Of a stretch of DNA of 64,000 nucleotides, positions 12,079 to 22,908 are shown one piece after another; the stretch's first letter is position 1; every line of letters starts with the position of its first letter. A program made the translations under genes and the position numbers. The notes under the pieces were generated by a model. It searched no databases, was not told the origin of the DNA, and saw nothing but the letters and a program-made list of their open reading frames with translations. Source of the stretch: Zygnema circumcarinatum SAG 698-1b (lineage: Eukaryota > Plantae > Zygnematophyceae); the NCBI GenBank assembly GCA_037447605.1, contig CM074811.1, forward strand, positions 1-64,000, read 5' to 3'.

Positions 12079-14185
12079 CGGCCTTTTAGTTTTTGGTCAA
12101 CGTCGCAAAGCACACGCTGTCGTGTGCCGGCATTAGTGACTGGAGAGGAGTTGGTGAGGTGCGTGTCACGTCACGGCAAGGCCCTGCCCATGGAGGTGGT
12201 CATCTGAGCGGACGGTCTGCAGGCCCGCGATTGCGACCATGGGCAGGTAGGCAGGCTTGTCTCCCGCCATCCCACGCTCGTTGGTGCTGTTTTTTGGGCA
12301 TGGCTGTTTCATGAGTTTCGTAGGAGACTTTGTACTTGTTGAGGATACCTCTGCGATATGTAGGGGAGTCCGCTCCTGCAGTTTGTCGGTCACGTCAGAG
12401 TGCTCTAGAGCTAAGGTTTGCATCAGCATATGTGCAGAATAGCAACGAGTTCTCGTTCTTCTGCAACTTTTTCCCTCTGCAAAGATATCGAACTTTCTTT
12501 GGCTTGACTACACTTTCATGATCCATTATTTTGCGCTCTCAAATAATGACATGTAAAAACTCTGGCTGCTTATAGATGAAAGTTATTCGGGAGGAATACT
12601 GAGACACTGATTTAGTGGTGGAACTGTTTTTGCAGATCCTGTTTCGATGTCAAGGCAGTCACTCCTCCACATGTCTACACAGAGAGGCCTTTTTGGCGGA
12701 GCCTTATTGGTCATTCGATTAGTTTTCATGGCAATTAAAAGGAATTAAGGCCTTCGTTCCGTCTGCGGAGAACCAGAGAAAGCATTGCCATCCCCTCCAC
12801 GGCTGGACTCGCAGCGGAAAGGCACCGCCCCCACGGTGCATGTGCATTCCTCAGCTCAGCGTNNNNNNNNNNGGGGCGTGGGCGAATTTCACCTTTATTT
12901 GGTTGCGATTCTTGTAAAATGACCTAGCTTTAACTTGGGAGAGACTGAAATTGTTGACGGATTTGGTGGGTGTGCGTGGATCACTTCAGGATCTATTGCC
13001 AGCAAACTCACAGGGGCCGTTCACTCAAATGACGTATGGAGAGCACATTCCGAATGGGGGAAAAGAGAGTTTGGGAGGACCGGTGAGCTTAAGGAACCTT
13101 GTTTGGATCTGCAAGTTTATGAGAAATTGTTATCATTGGCAGTCAGCGAGGTCAGCGGAATGACTCTTGCAAATGCGAAATGAAATACGAATCGCCTGAT
13201 ACGTCTTTTTTTTTTCGTGTTTCTTTGATTGTCAGAGTTATTTTTTATGCTGCTTCTTCTCCCTTGATGCAAGGGCTAATCTCCTGTGTTCCAATTTGTC
13301 TTGACCTAGAATGTTGGCACATACGACAGTAACTCTGACCATTCTTGTCATCGGCGGATTCATTGCTGCAGAGGATGGGTGCCTCATGGATGCGACACTG
13401 ACGGCCTTTTAGTTTTTGGTCAACGTCGCAAAGCACACGCTGTCGTGTGCCGGCATTAGTGACTGGAGAGGAGTTGGTGAGGTGCGTGTCACGTCACGGC
13501 AAGGCCCTGCCCATGGAGGTGGTCATCTGAGCGGACGGTCTGCAGGCCCGCGATTGCGACCATGGGCAGGTAGGCAGGCTTGTCTCCCGCCATCCCACGC
13601 TCGTTGGTGCTGTTTTTTGGGCATGGCTGTTTCATGAGTTTCGTAGGAGACTTTGTACTTGTTGAGGATACCTCTGCGATATGTAGGGGAGTCCGCTCCT
13701 GCAGTTTGTCGGTCACGTCAGAGTGCTCTAGAGCTAAGGTTTGCATCAGCATATGTGCAGAATAGCAACGAGTTCTCGTTCTTCTGCAACTTTTTCCCTC
13801 TGCAAAGATATCGAACTTTCTTTGGCTTGACTACACTTTCATGATCCATTATTTTGCGCTCTCAAATAATGACATGTAAAAACTCTGGCTGCTTATAGAT
13901 GAAAGTTATTCGGGAGGAATACTGAGACACTGATTTAGTGGTGGAACTGTTTTTGCAGATCCTGTTTCGATGTCAAGGCAGTCACTCCTCCACATGTCTA
14001 CACAGAGAGGCCTTTTTGGCGGAGCCTTATTGGTCATTCGATTAGTTTTCATGGCAATTAAAAGGAATTAAGGCCTTCGTTCCGTCTGCGGAGAACCAGA
14101 GAAAGCATTGCCATCCCCTCCACGGCTGGACTCGCAGCGGAAAGGCACCGCCCCCACGGTGCATGTGCATTCCTCAGCTCAGCGT
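11547..14185. repeat. Near-identical ~1.32 kb direct duplication (11547-12862 and 12875-14185), each copy starting right after a 10-N gap
   Basis: The copies differ only at a poly-T run and a 1-nt indel; both follow G-runs and N-gaps. Contains the UPF1 3' exon(s). Most likely an assembly overlap. Confidence 0.9.
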
Positions 14186-14646
14186 AACAGCCGGTAGCCG
14201 AGGCTCTGCTGGAATTGGCGAGAGTTTAATGCCCTGCATGATGTAGGGCTGGCCATGCAGCACTGCCAGTTTGAAACCCCGGAGCGCTTGTTGCAGCCCG
14301 CTTTGGCTTTCCTTCCGAGGTTCTGAGTTGATAGGAGTTGCAGTTGCACAGCACGTCTACTTTCGATGTGAAAAACATATATGGTTGCTGCTTACTTGTT
14401 TTTCGAGCAGGGGCCTGGTCTGACCCGTGTTTGGACTTGTGTTACCTTGTCGTGTTCCGATTTGTTGAACCACTTGATGTGTTGCGCTCCGCCGCTTATG
14501 CCAGGGAGGGGAGTGCCAAATGAAGGCCGATGAATAGTCAGGTTGTCCATGTCGCCACCGTTGTTCTACTTTGCGTAGCCATCTTAGTTTGCATTTTAAC
14601 GTTGGTTTTTGCAAACTTCGAGTATCACCACACTAGTTTAGCATTA

Positions 14647-15044
14647 CAGTTACCCCCCCCTAGTATTTTCGCCATGGTTTCGGCAAATATTGGGCGAAAA
14701 TTTTGGAATTTGACAAATATAAGGGATTCCGTGTTAACAAGAGGCGGGCGGGCGGTATTATGTTACAGTCCGGTCTGCGGACGTATTGTTTCACTATGTA
14801 CGGACACATGGCCGCCCGGCGGACCCTTGTCACGAGCTCCTACTTCGTACATAGCGTGAATATCGTGACCCATGTTTGAAACTCGTTTCGTTTAACGGAT
14901 TTTGTGCTGTAAAATAGGTTAACACCCCTAATACATTAACACGGACTCACCGTACAAAATGTGATTTCGGCAAAATCAAGGCGAATTTCTTGGGGAACGC
15001 AAGTAAGAGGGTGGAAAGGTGGAAAATATTAGGGGGCTCTACTG
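14647..15044. mobile_element. Non-autonomous Tc1/mariner-pogo-type MITE (~398 bp)
   Basis: TA on both sides (14645-46, 15045-46). Left end CAGTTACCCCCCCCTAGTATTTTC; right end reverse complement CAGTAGAGCCCCCTAATATTTTC. Internal inverted pair gattccgtgttaa / ttaacacggactc. No transposase ORF. Confidence 0.75.
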
Positions 15045-15913
15045 TATGTGATGTGACATAACGTTAGGCCGCTCGTGAGGTTGCTCCTTCGCAACGCCTG
15101 CTGTGTCGCGCAGTGCCTGCGAGTAGTTACTGCTGACTTCGCTTAAAATTTTGCGATTCTTTTCACAAAGGCTGATGTCACCAAAAAGCGAAAACTTCTT
15201 CTAGGATACAACTGTGATACCGATTGTATGTAGAACGCTAAACGTCCAGTCCAGGTCGACTTTGAGACTGGACATCCGGTAAACAGTAGGAAGCATGCTT
15301 GTCTTGAGGCAGAAGGCCAACAAACCAAATATGATTTCCAAAAGCGAGAAACGCCACCATTTCGGGTCCATACGCATGAAGAATATCAACTGCCAACTGA
15401 TTGGAGTTAGCACGATCTTGCAAGAGGCCCAATTGAGGACATTTCACCGCAACTGCAGCCGTACAAGAGGAGCAAGATGAGCAATGTCGCCCCCTCAAAA
15501 GGGTTATTCCTCGGTCTACAGTTCACTGCGGTGTGCACAGGCAGCATCCCGTTGCGCCGGTCACGTGGAAGGAGCAGCTTTGGACGACCTGTGGCTCTGT
15601 CCTTACGGTCCGCGCTTCTTGCGCTCATAAGCGGCGGAATTATTGAAGGTGGCGACTCGATGATGCAGAGGATCTTATTAAGTAGAATGGACTTCTTCAT
15701 CGCCAGGAAATATATTCACAGCGTATTACGTTCAGGCCCGAGTTGAGGTGTTTGTTACCCACAGAATCCTTGGATTGCAGGTTCAACAAATAAATCGACT
15801 TGAAAGATTTGCGAGGTCAACCGCGCCGGTTTGGCTTCTGACAGCATTCGGCGGAAAAAAAAACCAATCGAGTCGAACGAAGTAATTCACAGCCAGTCAA
15901 CGGGGAGCACAGG

Positions 15914-18900
15914 TTATAGCTCAGGGGCCCTCGACGGCAGCCTGGGAAGGAGGTGGCCTGTAATGTCCACTTTGACAGGCATCTCCTGCGAGCACAGAGC
16001 AGCTTCCGATCACGTCTCAGGGTCTCTTTCAATACACAACCTTATCATTGGCATACGGACACATCAGGATGAAGCTTTCAGCGAACAAAGCGAAAGGGAG
16101 GGCTGAGGGCACATCGGATAAACCTTGAAGAGTAGGTCATAAGCGAGGGAGTTCCATGGCAGCGAGAGTGCTCGAAGTGTACAGAGGAGCGCGGGCGGCC
16201 TCGACGGGGCGACCGTGTACTGGGCAGCACGCCGCATGAAGTCTGCCAGCCCGCCTGGAATCTGCACTCCCAAATGAAGCCATCCAGGAAGAGTAAGAAC
16301 AGGTCCTGCTGACAAGTTCAGCGCAGTGAAGGGCACTTGCTTAAGGCCGCAATGCACAAGCTGCAAGTGCATGCACCTGCCGTGGAGGGGGCGGTAGCGG
16401 AGGGCGAGGCGTAGCCTTCTCCTTCTCCTTGAGCTGCAGGGTGTGGAGGCGGTGCTGAACCAGCTTCAGCTGCGCGTGGAGCTGCTTCAACCGACACTGA
16501 TATGCCGCTTCTTTCTCGGCCCTCTTCTCTGGCGACAGGAGGTTCTCTTGAGCGTTCTGCTGATGTTCTTCTAGCAGCCGCATGAGGTCATCCTGCACCG
16601 CCCCCAACTCCACCTGCAGCGAAGGCAGACTCGGCTCGTCGGGGTCCGCCTCGCCGCGCCCCTGCTGCTCATCGTCTGCACAAAGAACTGCAAGGAGTCA
16701 CGCAGGCGAAGCGCAGAGAGGCACGAAATAGACTATTCCAGCTGCCTGACTTTAAACGGACTCGCATCTCCCAAGGTGCGGAGAGTGGCACAGCTGTTTT
16801 GCGAGGAGGATGTCACAGGGCGCCCGGCATCTGCAACACCCATGCTCTCAGGAAAATGCGGGAAGGTGGGATTGTCTCGATCGCTAGTGGCAGCTGCTGG
16901 GTCCACTTGTGCGGAATGCACTGTGCTCCACAAAGAGGCTGGTCCTCATGGCACACTCCTAGTCTTTACAAAGCTTCTTTGAAAATGCACGATTGGTACA
17001 TCGTGAGAAACACTAGAAAAAGAAACAATTTGTATCCACTGCATCCATCCGATTGACAGTGTTGTCAACCAATATCTCCACAAAGTTCTGCAGCGCGATG
17101 CCTGCTAATGCCAGCTTCTTCCACATGGCCGGGTACCATTTGACAGTGAGAAGAGAGCGAGGGCGTGAGTGCGTCGTTAAGATGCCGACCCTAACGAGTT
17201 ACGAGGAGCACAGCGCGCTTACCAGCCGCGCAGGAGACGGTGATATCCGCCTCCCCGCGGCCCCCCGGCCCCCTCAAGGAGAGCCGCTCCGCCGGAAACG
17301 AGTCGCGGCCCCACAGCCCGAAGGTCCCCACGCGGCCCCCTGCCTTCCCGCCGCACCCGCAACTTCTCAGACAGCTCTGCAGGCAATGCGGACTCTGTCG
17401 AAGGACTCTCTTTCTCCAACGAGGGAGAGGGTTGAGGACAAATGGTGCAGAGTACTGACCGTGAAAGTTGGCGCGCACCATGGAGTAGCTCACGTAACCA
17501 GAAAAGAGAGTAACCTGATCTCCCCCACAGGCCCTGAACGCAGACTCAGAGACTTGTGCAGAGGGCAGTATTGGATCTGCACCCTGTGGCTGTCAAAGAA
17601 AACCGCAAGAGCCATGCAGCTCAACTTTTCCTACTGGTTGCAAAACAGTACCTTCGGCTGATCATCGCTGGTTTCTCCAAAGGCATGTGCCACTGTGCTG
17701 CTCCTCCTGCGCCTCTGCCTGCCGGCGGAGAGCTCGTCCGCGGGGAAGGCGGCCCCCCCGTGCGCGTTGAGCAGCACGCAGAGGCAGTGGTCCGCGTCGT
17801 GCAGCTCCTGCGCGCGCGGGAACACACTCATTTCACACACGCATTTGAAGGCCCTTCAAACGCTCAAAACATTTTAAACCCTCCGGATCCACCTGCCCAC
17901 CTCCGCATCCCTTGTCCTCACAGGGACGCACCACAGGCTCAAAGGTGTCGTTGCAGTTGTCGATGCTGAAAAATATGTCGGGATACGCCGGTGTCATGTC
18001 CTTCCCCTGCTCGAAATTCATGGCATTAATCAGGAACTTGAATGTTACCTTGCGGTCCTATGGACAGAATGCAAACATAAAAATGGTCCATGGTGAAACA
18101 GCATCGTCAGCTCAGGACTTAGTCCTCTGCACTTAATATCTGCAGCACCGCAATCTGATGGTAGAGAACAAACCACACCATAGGTGTGTCACTGTCCACT
18201 CGTGCCATGCTCGGAGATGCGTACACGCGCTTTGTGATCTGCATCAAAAATACCAAACAACTTGTAGATATGATATTCCAAATTGCAGCGGTTGGTCCAG
18301 AAAGCAGCATAACCTTGGGAAAGCGGTTGTAATGCATGTATACAAGACTGAGGCCAGTGTAGACTCTTCAGTAAGAACTAGAGAAGTATGTGAGAGTTTC
18401 ACCTTCTTGATAGGAGCCACCGGAAGGCCCTTCCTGCTTTTCCTGTGATTGTCGAGCGCCTGGCGACTGCACCCTCAGTGTCAAACACGCGCCTTCAGGC
18501 GCAGGCATGGGGCATGGCATGGCATGGCATGGCATGGCATGGCATGGCATGGCATGAGAGCTCCCGAGCGGTATCGCGCATTGGCCAGACGCATCCTCTA
18601 TGGGCCGGGGACCCATGCGGCCCGCAAGCACAAGAGGCCCACCTGCAGACTGCCACAGTGAGAGTGTAGACGGTATGGCAGATGAGGTTGAGGTAGAAAG
18701 ACCGCCTCCAGTCCACCTCTGCCGCCGTCGCCCCGACCACATTGTTCAGCTGTTTCCTTGCCAGCGAATAACCAAAAGAAGCAGCCAATTACTATGCAGT
18801 TTGTGAAACTTTAGTCGTCTTCTTCTCAACTGATGCAAACTGAGAGTCGGATGATCAGAACGCCTAGAACAACGTGCGAGCAAGGGAAGAAAAGAGGCCC

Positions 18901-20520
18901 AAAAATCAAGCAAACAAGAGAGAAAGAGGCGAGGAACTGACATGGTTATTCCAGCGGCGTACAAAGAACGGCTTCTTGTCGTGGGCAGGGCTGCCATCTC
19001 CTTCTCCACTCCCCGCATCCTGCCATGCGTAGGGCAAGCATTAGGATTGTCCTCCAAGAGCTTGGAAACTGCTCGGAGTGAAGCCCATACAGCCGTTGGA
19101 GAGACGCTTTGCGGAGCCATAAAAGTTGGCTCTTGGCTCGGAAAGGGGCTCAGACTATAAATGGTCATACTGCAGTTATAAAAATCAAGTTGAGTTTCAG
19201 GTTTTAAAGTTCAGCCGTCAATTCAACAAAGAATTGAGTCGGTCATGTATGGAAAAAGAGCAGCTGAACCATCGTATCCCCAAAACGCAGTGCAGGCCAT
19301 GTGTGAACGACGAAAGCGAGGAGACCCGGGGGAGCGTTGAAGAAATCCCCATGGACAAGACAGTGAAGCGCCATACTGCCTTTCTCTAGAGATTCCTGGT
19401 AAATTCACAATTTCTCGTGCTTTCTGACTGAACGAAAACTACCTCTCACATTCTGTTTCCTCTTCGTGCCAATCAAGTGGACCCAAGGTTGACTATTTGA
19501 AACAGCCCAATGTTACTCAAAGCAATGTGCACAAGATCCCACAATTACACGAACGAACGAACGAACTCACACAAGCAACTTATACAGTTGTGAAACTCCT
19601 TACCTCATCTTGAAGGCGCACAAAAAAGAGCATGTCGTCAAAGAGAGCATCGTGTTGGAACTGCATACTCTTATCCCCCGAGCCCCATCCCCGAACAAAG
19701 AAGAGGTCCAACATTTCGCGCCAATATCGCGGGTCTGCCGCGAGGCTGCCGCTGAAGTCGCTCTGCAGCGGAGCGAGCAGCGACCCGCGGCGCAGCGGCA
19801 GGTCGTCCGAGTGCTTCCGTACGATGTCCAGCAGCTCCCGCCGGCTGCGCCCCTCCGCCCTCCCCCCCTTAGACCAGCGCGTCAGGCGGGCGCACTGGAC
19901 TGCACTGCGTCAGGACAGACAGACGGGGAGGGGAGGGGAAGCAAGGCCTTCCAACTCCACCCCACCTGACAGGCGCGGCTGCCGACTGAGCGCTTGCAGA
20001 CGCCGCCCCGCTGTCTGTGGGAGGGTCCGGTAGTCGCTCCGGAGGCGAAGCTGCCTCTTCGTCAACTTTCAATCCCGTTGAAAATCTCCTCGAGGAAGTC
20101 TGAGACCTGCAGCGAAGGACTTTGGTTACTGCTTGGCCAACCAGTTCCTTTTGCGAAACGTGAGATTCTTCGAGGCAAGGATATCAGATTTACTACTTTT
20201 TCTTTCAGTCCAGTCTGGCGAATACGAGCACATGCTGTGGGCGCGAGAGAAAAATAGGGTACAACAGCAGAGCTACTTGGAAAGTTGACTAATACGACGT
20301 CTGTCCCATGGACTAGCCACACGCACAGTTTTGTGCCCCTTCTTGGTGAGGGGCCTTTGTAGAGGTCGCCGTCTTCGGCAGTTTTCAGTCTCTCTGGGCC
20401 AGCTGGGCTGGTCGCCAGGCTCGGCCCGTCGTGCAGACTCAGCTCGAAGAAGCGATCGGCCTCTTCTTCCCCATCGAAATGCGATTCATTGGAGTAGCTG
20501 ATTTCTCCCGTGCTCCCCAT
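15914..20520 (-). CDS. DUF2045 / KIAA0930-like uncharacterised conserved protein, 14 exons
   Basis: Exons 20520-20327, 20106-19966, 19904-19604, 19019-18942, 18749-18643, 18466-18403, 18238-18179, 18006-17932, 17807-17652, 17514-17460, 17339-17223, 16675-16377, 16261-16124, 15985-15914, all phase-consistent. Motifs recalled for the family: DDMLFFVR, PFFVRRW, DWRRSFYLNLICH, KRVYASPS, AYPDIFFSID, GPGGRGE, LSLPWxxLAYDLL. Confidence 0.85.
18504..18555. repeat. (GGCAT)n microsatellite in a DUF2045 intron
   Basis: Nine perfect GGCAT units at 18511-18555; the same unit recurs near 44587 and 48109-48139. Confidence 0.95.
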
Positions 20521-21069
20521 TTATACTCGCACCAATCCCTCTACACAAGGTAGTGGGCAGCCGACTGGTAAGCTTTACTGCTGAAAGTAAGCAAATAAGC
20601 CCATGCCCGCGTTAGTTTGCCTCCTTGTGTTCTCCTTTTATCCTAATTTTCCAAGGTCTTGTGGCTACGATTCACAGAATACCTCTTCGTCCGAAAGCCT
20701 TTCCTTTCGTGTTCTCCTATCTTCGCTCCCGAATGAACCCCCTATGAACTTCATTTCTGTCACCTATTCAGTTTACAATATAAAAAAAATCGCTCTCTCT
20801 CTCTCGCTATCTCCCCGTTATCTTTCAGGACTGCCCCCGGCCTGCCTCATTCGAGGCCCGGGAAGCTGCGGCGCTCCCCTATCCTCGCCCGGTTGACCTC
20901 GTAGTTCCTCCCGCCCGCCTGCTCGCCCGCCCGGCTGGAGCGCGGCCCGACCTGCGCAGGCTTCTGGCGGCTCTACGCGCAGGCGGGCGTGCGTGGCGCC
21001 ATGGCGCATGCCTCTCTCCCTCCCTCCCTCACGCGGCCGTTGGTCCCCGTCGCAACCACCGCGCGGTCA

Positions 21070-21236
21070 CGTCGTACGGGTGGGGACCCCCCCGCGGCCC
21101 GGCCCCGCGCGACGTTCGCCGCGATCCGCCGTACGGCGACGTTCGCCAGTACGGCCAGGTACGGCCAGATACGGCCAGGTACGGTACGGTACGGCCAGGT
21201 CTCTACTGTACGTTTTTTAAGGAATTTGTGTACGGA
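21070..21236. promoter_or_regulatory. GTAC/GTACGG cluster in the divergent DUF2045 / FdC1 promoter
   Basis: About nine GTAC cores in ~165 bp, mostly GTACGG, including ggtacggtacggtacgg. GTAC is the established SBP/SPL (CRR1/SPL7 CuRE) core; function here is inferred. Confidence 0.45.
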
Positions 21237-21641
21237 AGTTTTTTGAGCCGAGGCGGAGCTTTCCGCTCCTAGCTTTTTCGTTTGGCCACAGGTCCTGTGC
21301 GCCCAGTTAGTTCCTCGTGGTTCCCCGTGCTGATGTTGGCCATATGCAGTTGCTGGCCTCGCCATGCGCGCGATCCACGCCCCATCAACGAGGCAGGCAA
21401 ACATGAAATACTGACTGACCTCCACGTGCTAAAGAAATTCCTTAGCCAAGTCATCTCTAATCGCAACCAGGCCATTTGGCCAATGACTAATCACGCGCAG
21501 AGCCGGACAACTAAAACTTGCCATTCTGCCGCACATGTTCATGACGTCAGCATGACCCATGAACATGACGTCATGACGTCGACCCCATCCCGGCCGCGAA
21601 CCCCACGCGGCGGCGCGGCGGGGGCGGGGACGGGGAGGGCC

Positions 21642-22175
21642 ATGGCAGCCATGGCGGCGCTCAGCCTCTGCGCCGCGCCGGCGGAGCGTCTCTCCGCCTC
21701 TGGCCGCGCCGCGGAGGCGGGCGGTAGCGCGCAGACCTCTGCTGGCGGCAGGTGTCGCTCCCTCAGGAGCTCCTTTTTCGGCCGCTCCGGCCCTTGCTGC
21801 CGCGTGGAGGCGGAGGAGGTCGGAGCCAAGCGCGCGGTGCTGCGCGGAGGCGCCTCCGCCGCGCTGTTCCGCGTGGAGGTGGAGCACGGCGGGGAGGTGC
21901 GCACTCTCGAGGTGGCCGACGACGAGACCATTCTCTCTGCGGCGCTGGACGGCGGCATGGAGCTGCCTCACGACTGCAAACTCGGCGTCTGTATGACCTG
22001 TCCCGCTAAAATAGAGGCCGGAACCGTAGACCAGACAGAAGGAATGCTGAGCGACGACGTCCAAGAGAAAGGCTACGCGCTTCTTTGCGCGTCTTACCCT
22101 CGGTCCGACTGCAAAATCAGAGTTATACCCGAGGAAGAGCTGTTGAGCTTGCAGCTCGCCACAGCCAACGATTGA
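21642..22175 (+). CDS. FdC1: Plastid 2Fe-2S ferredoxin with C-terminal extension (FdC1 type), intronless
   Basis: Ala/Ser/Arg-rich transit peptide from ATG 21642; PHDCKLGVCMTCPA and LLCASYP cluster motifs; C-terminus IPEEELLSLQLATAND as in plant FdC1. Confidence 0.95.
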   Translation: MAAMAALSLCAAPAERLSASGRAAEAGGSAQTSAGGRCRSLRSSFFGRSGPCCRVEAEEVGAKRAVLRGGASAALFRVEVEHGGEVRTLEVADDETILSAALDGGMELPHDCKLGVCMTCPAKIEAGTVDQTEGMLSDDVQEKGYALLCASYPRSDCKIRVIPEEELLSLQLATAND

Positions 22176-22908
22176 AAGCTCCGCTTGTAGCTGTTCTTTT
22201 TTCCTTGTCTCGCTCAGGATTTTGAAGGACGAATGTTTTTTGACAGATTTTTTTCCTTATCCTTGAAATTATGTTTATGACGGAAGTAAGGCGCCCTGCA
22301 ACCTTCCATTGTATTTTATTCAACTAATGCGGCATGTGACACTCTGTGAATGATGGTATGCCTCGACATTTTTTAAATGACTTGCCCTAAATTATCCAAC
22401 TTGCTAAAACCGACACGGTTTATCTTCGTCTGGATACTGAATGCACCCGTTATGTGTTGTAATGTAAGTGAAATGCTGAAGGCACTTGGTTGAGGTCCAA
22501 ACACGGAGCGAAGCAGGTTAAGTCGCGCATTTTGAGATTGGTATCGTCCGCCACTCGTCCAACATCCTCACTCGTCCAGATGCATGTGTTTGCCTGTGTG
22601 TGCGTTTTATGCGCATGAAATCTCATTTTTATCTTCTTAAATCTTCTCCGAAAAATGTCGATGTGAAGCGAAGTTTCGCCTTTGGTCTGCAATGAAACCA
22701 AAGCCTGTGCACACAAGCTTCGCGCAAGGTTGGAAGGCTCTGCCAAGCAGCTGCCAGGCATTCTTACGGCCGACCTCTAAAGATGAACATGGCAATGGCA
22801 CCACACTGGGAAAACGTGTATGCTGCAACTTCAAATCGCTTGTCAGACAAGTCTGTGAGGAAAGCAACTGAAACACAGGCATTTGATGATTGGCTTCGTT
22901 CAAAATGA

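Noticed and set aside
11547-14185. Apparent tandem duplication of the UPF1 3' end (possible alternative terminal exons)
   Set aside because: Both copies start right after 10-N gaps next to G-runs and are almost identical; this pattern indicates a scaffolding overlap or allelic haplotypes. Read depth would settle it.
21282-21641. 120-aa N-terminal extension of the FdC1 ORF
   Set aside because: It starts at a non-ATG codon in promoter-like sequence; ATG 21642 precedes a typical transit peptide.
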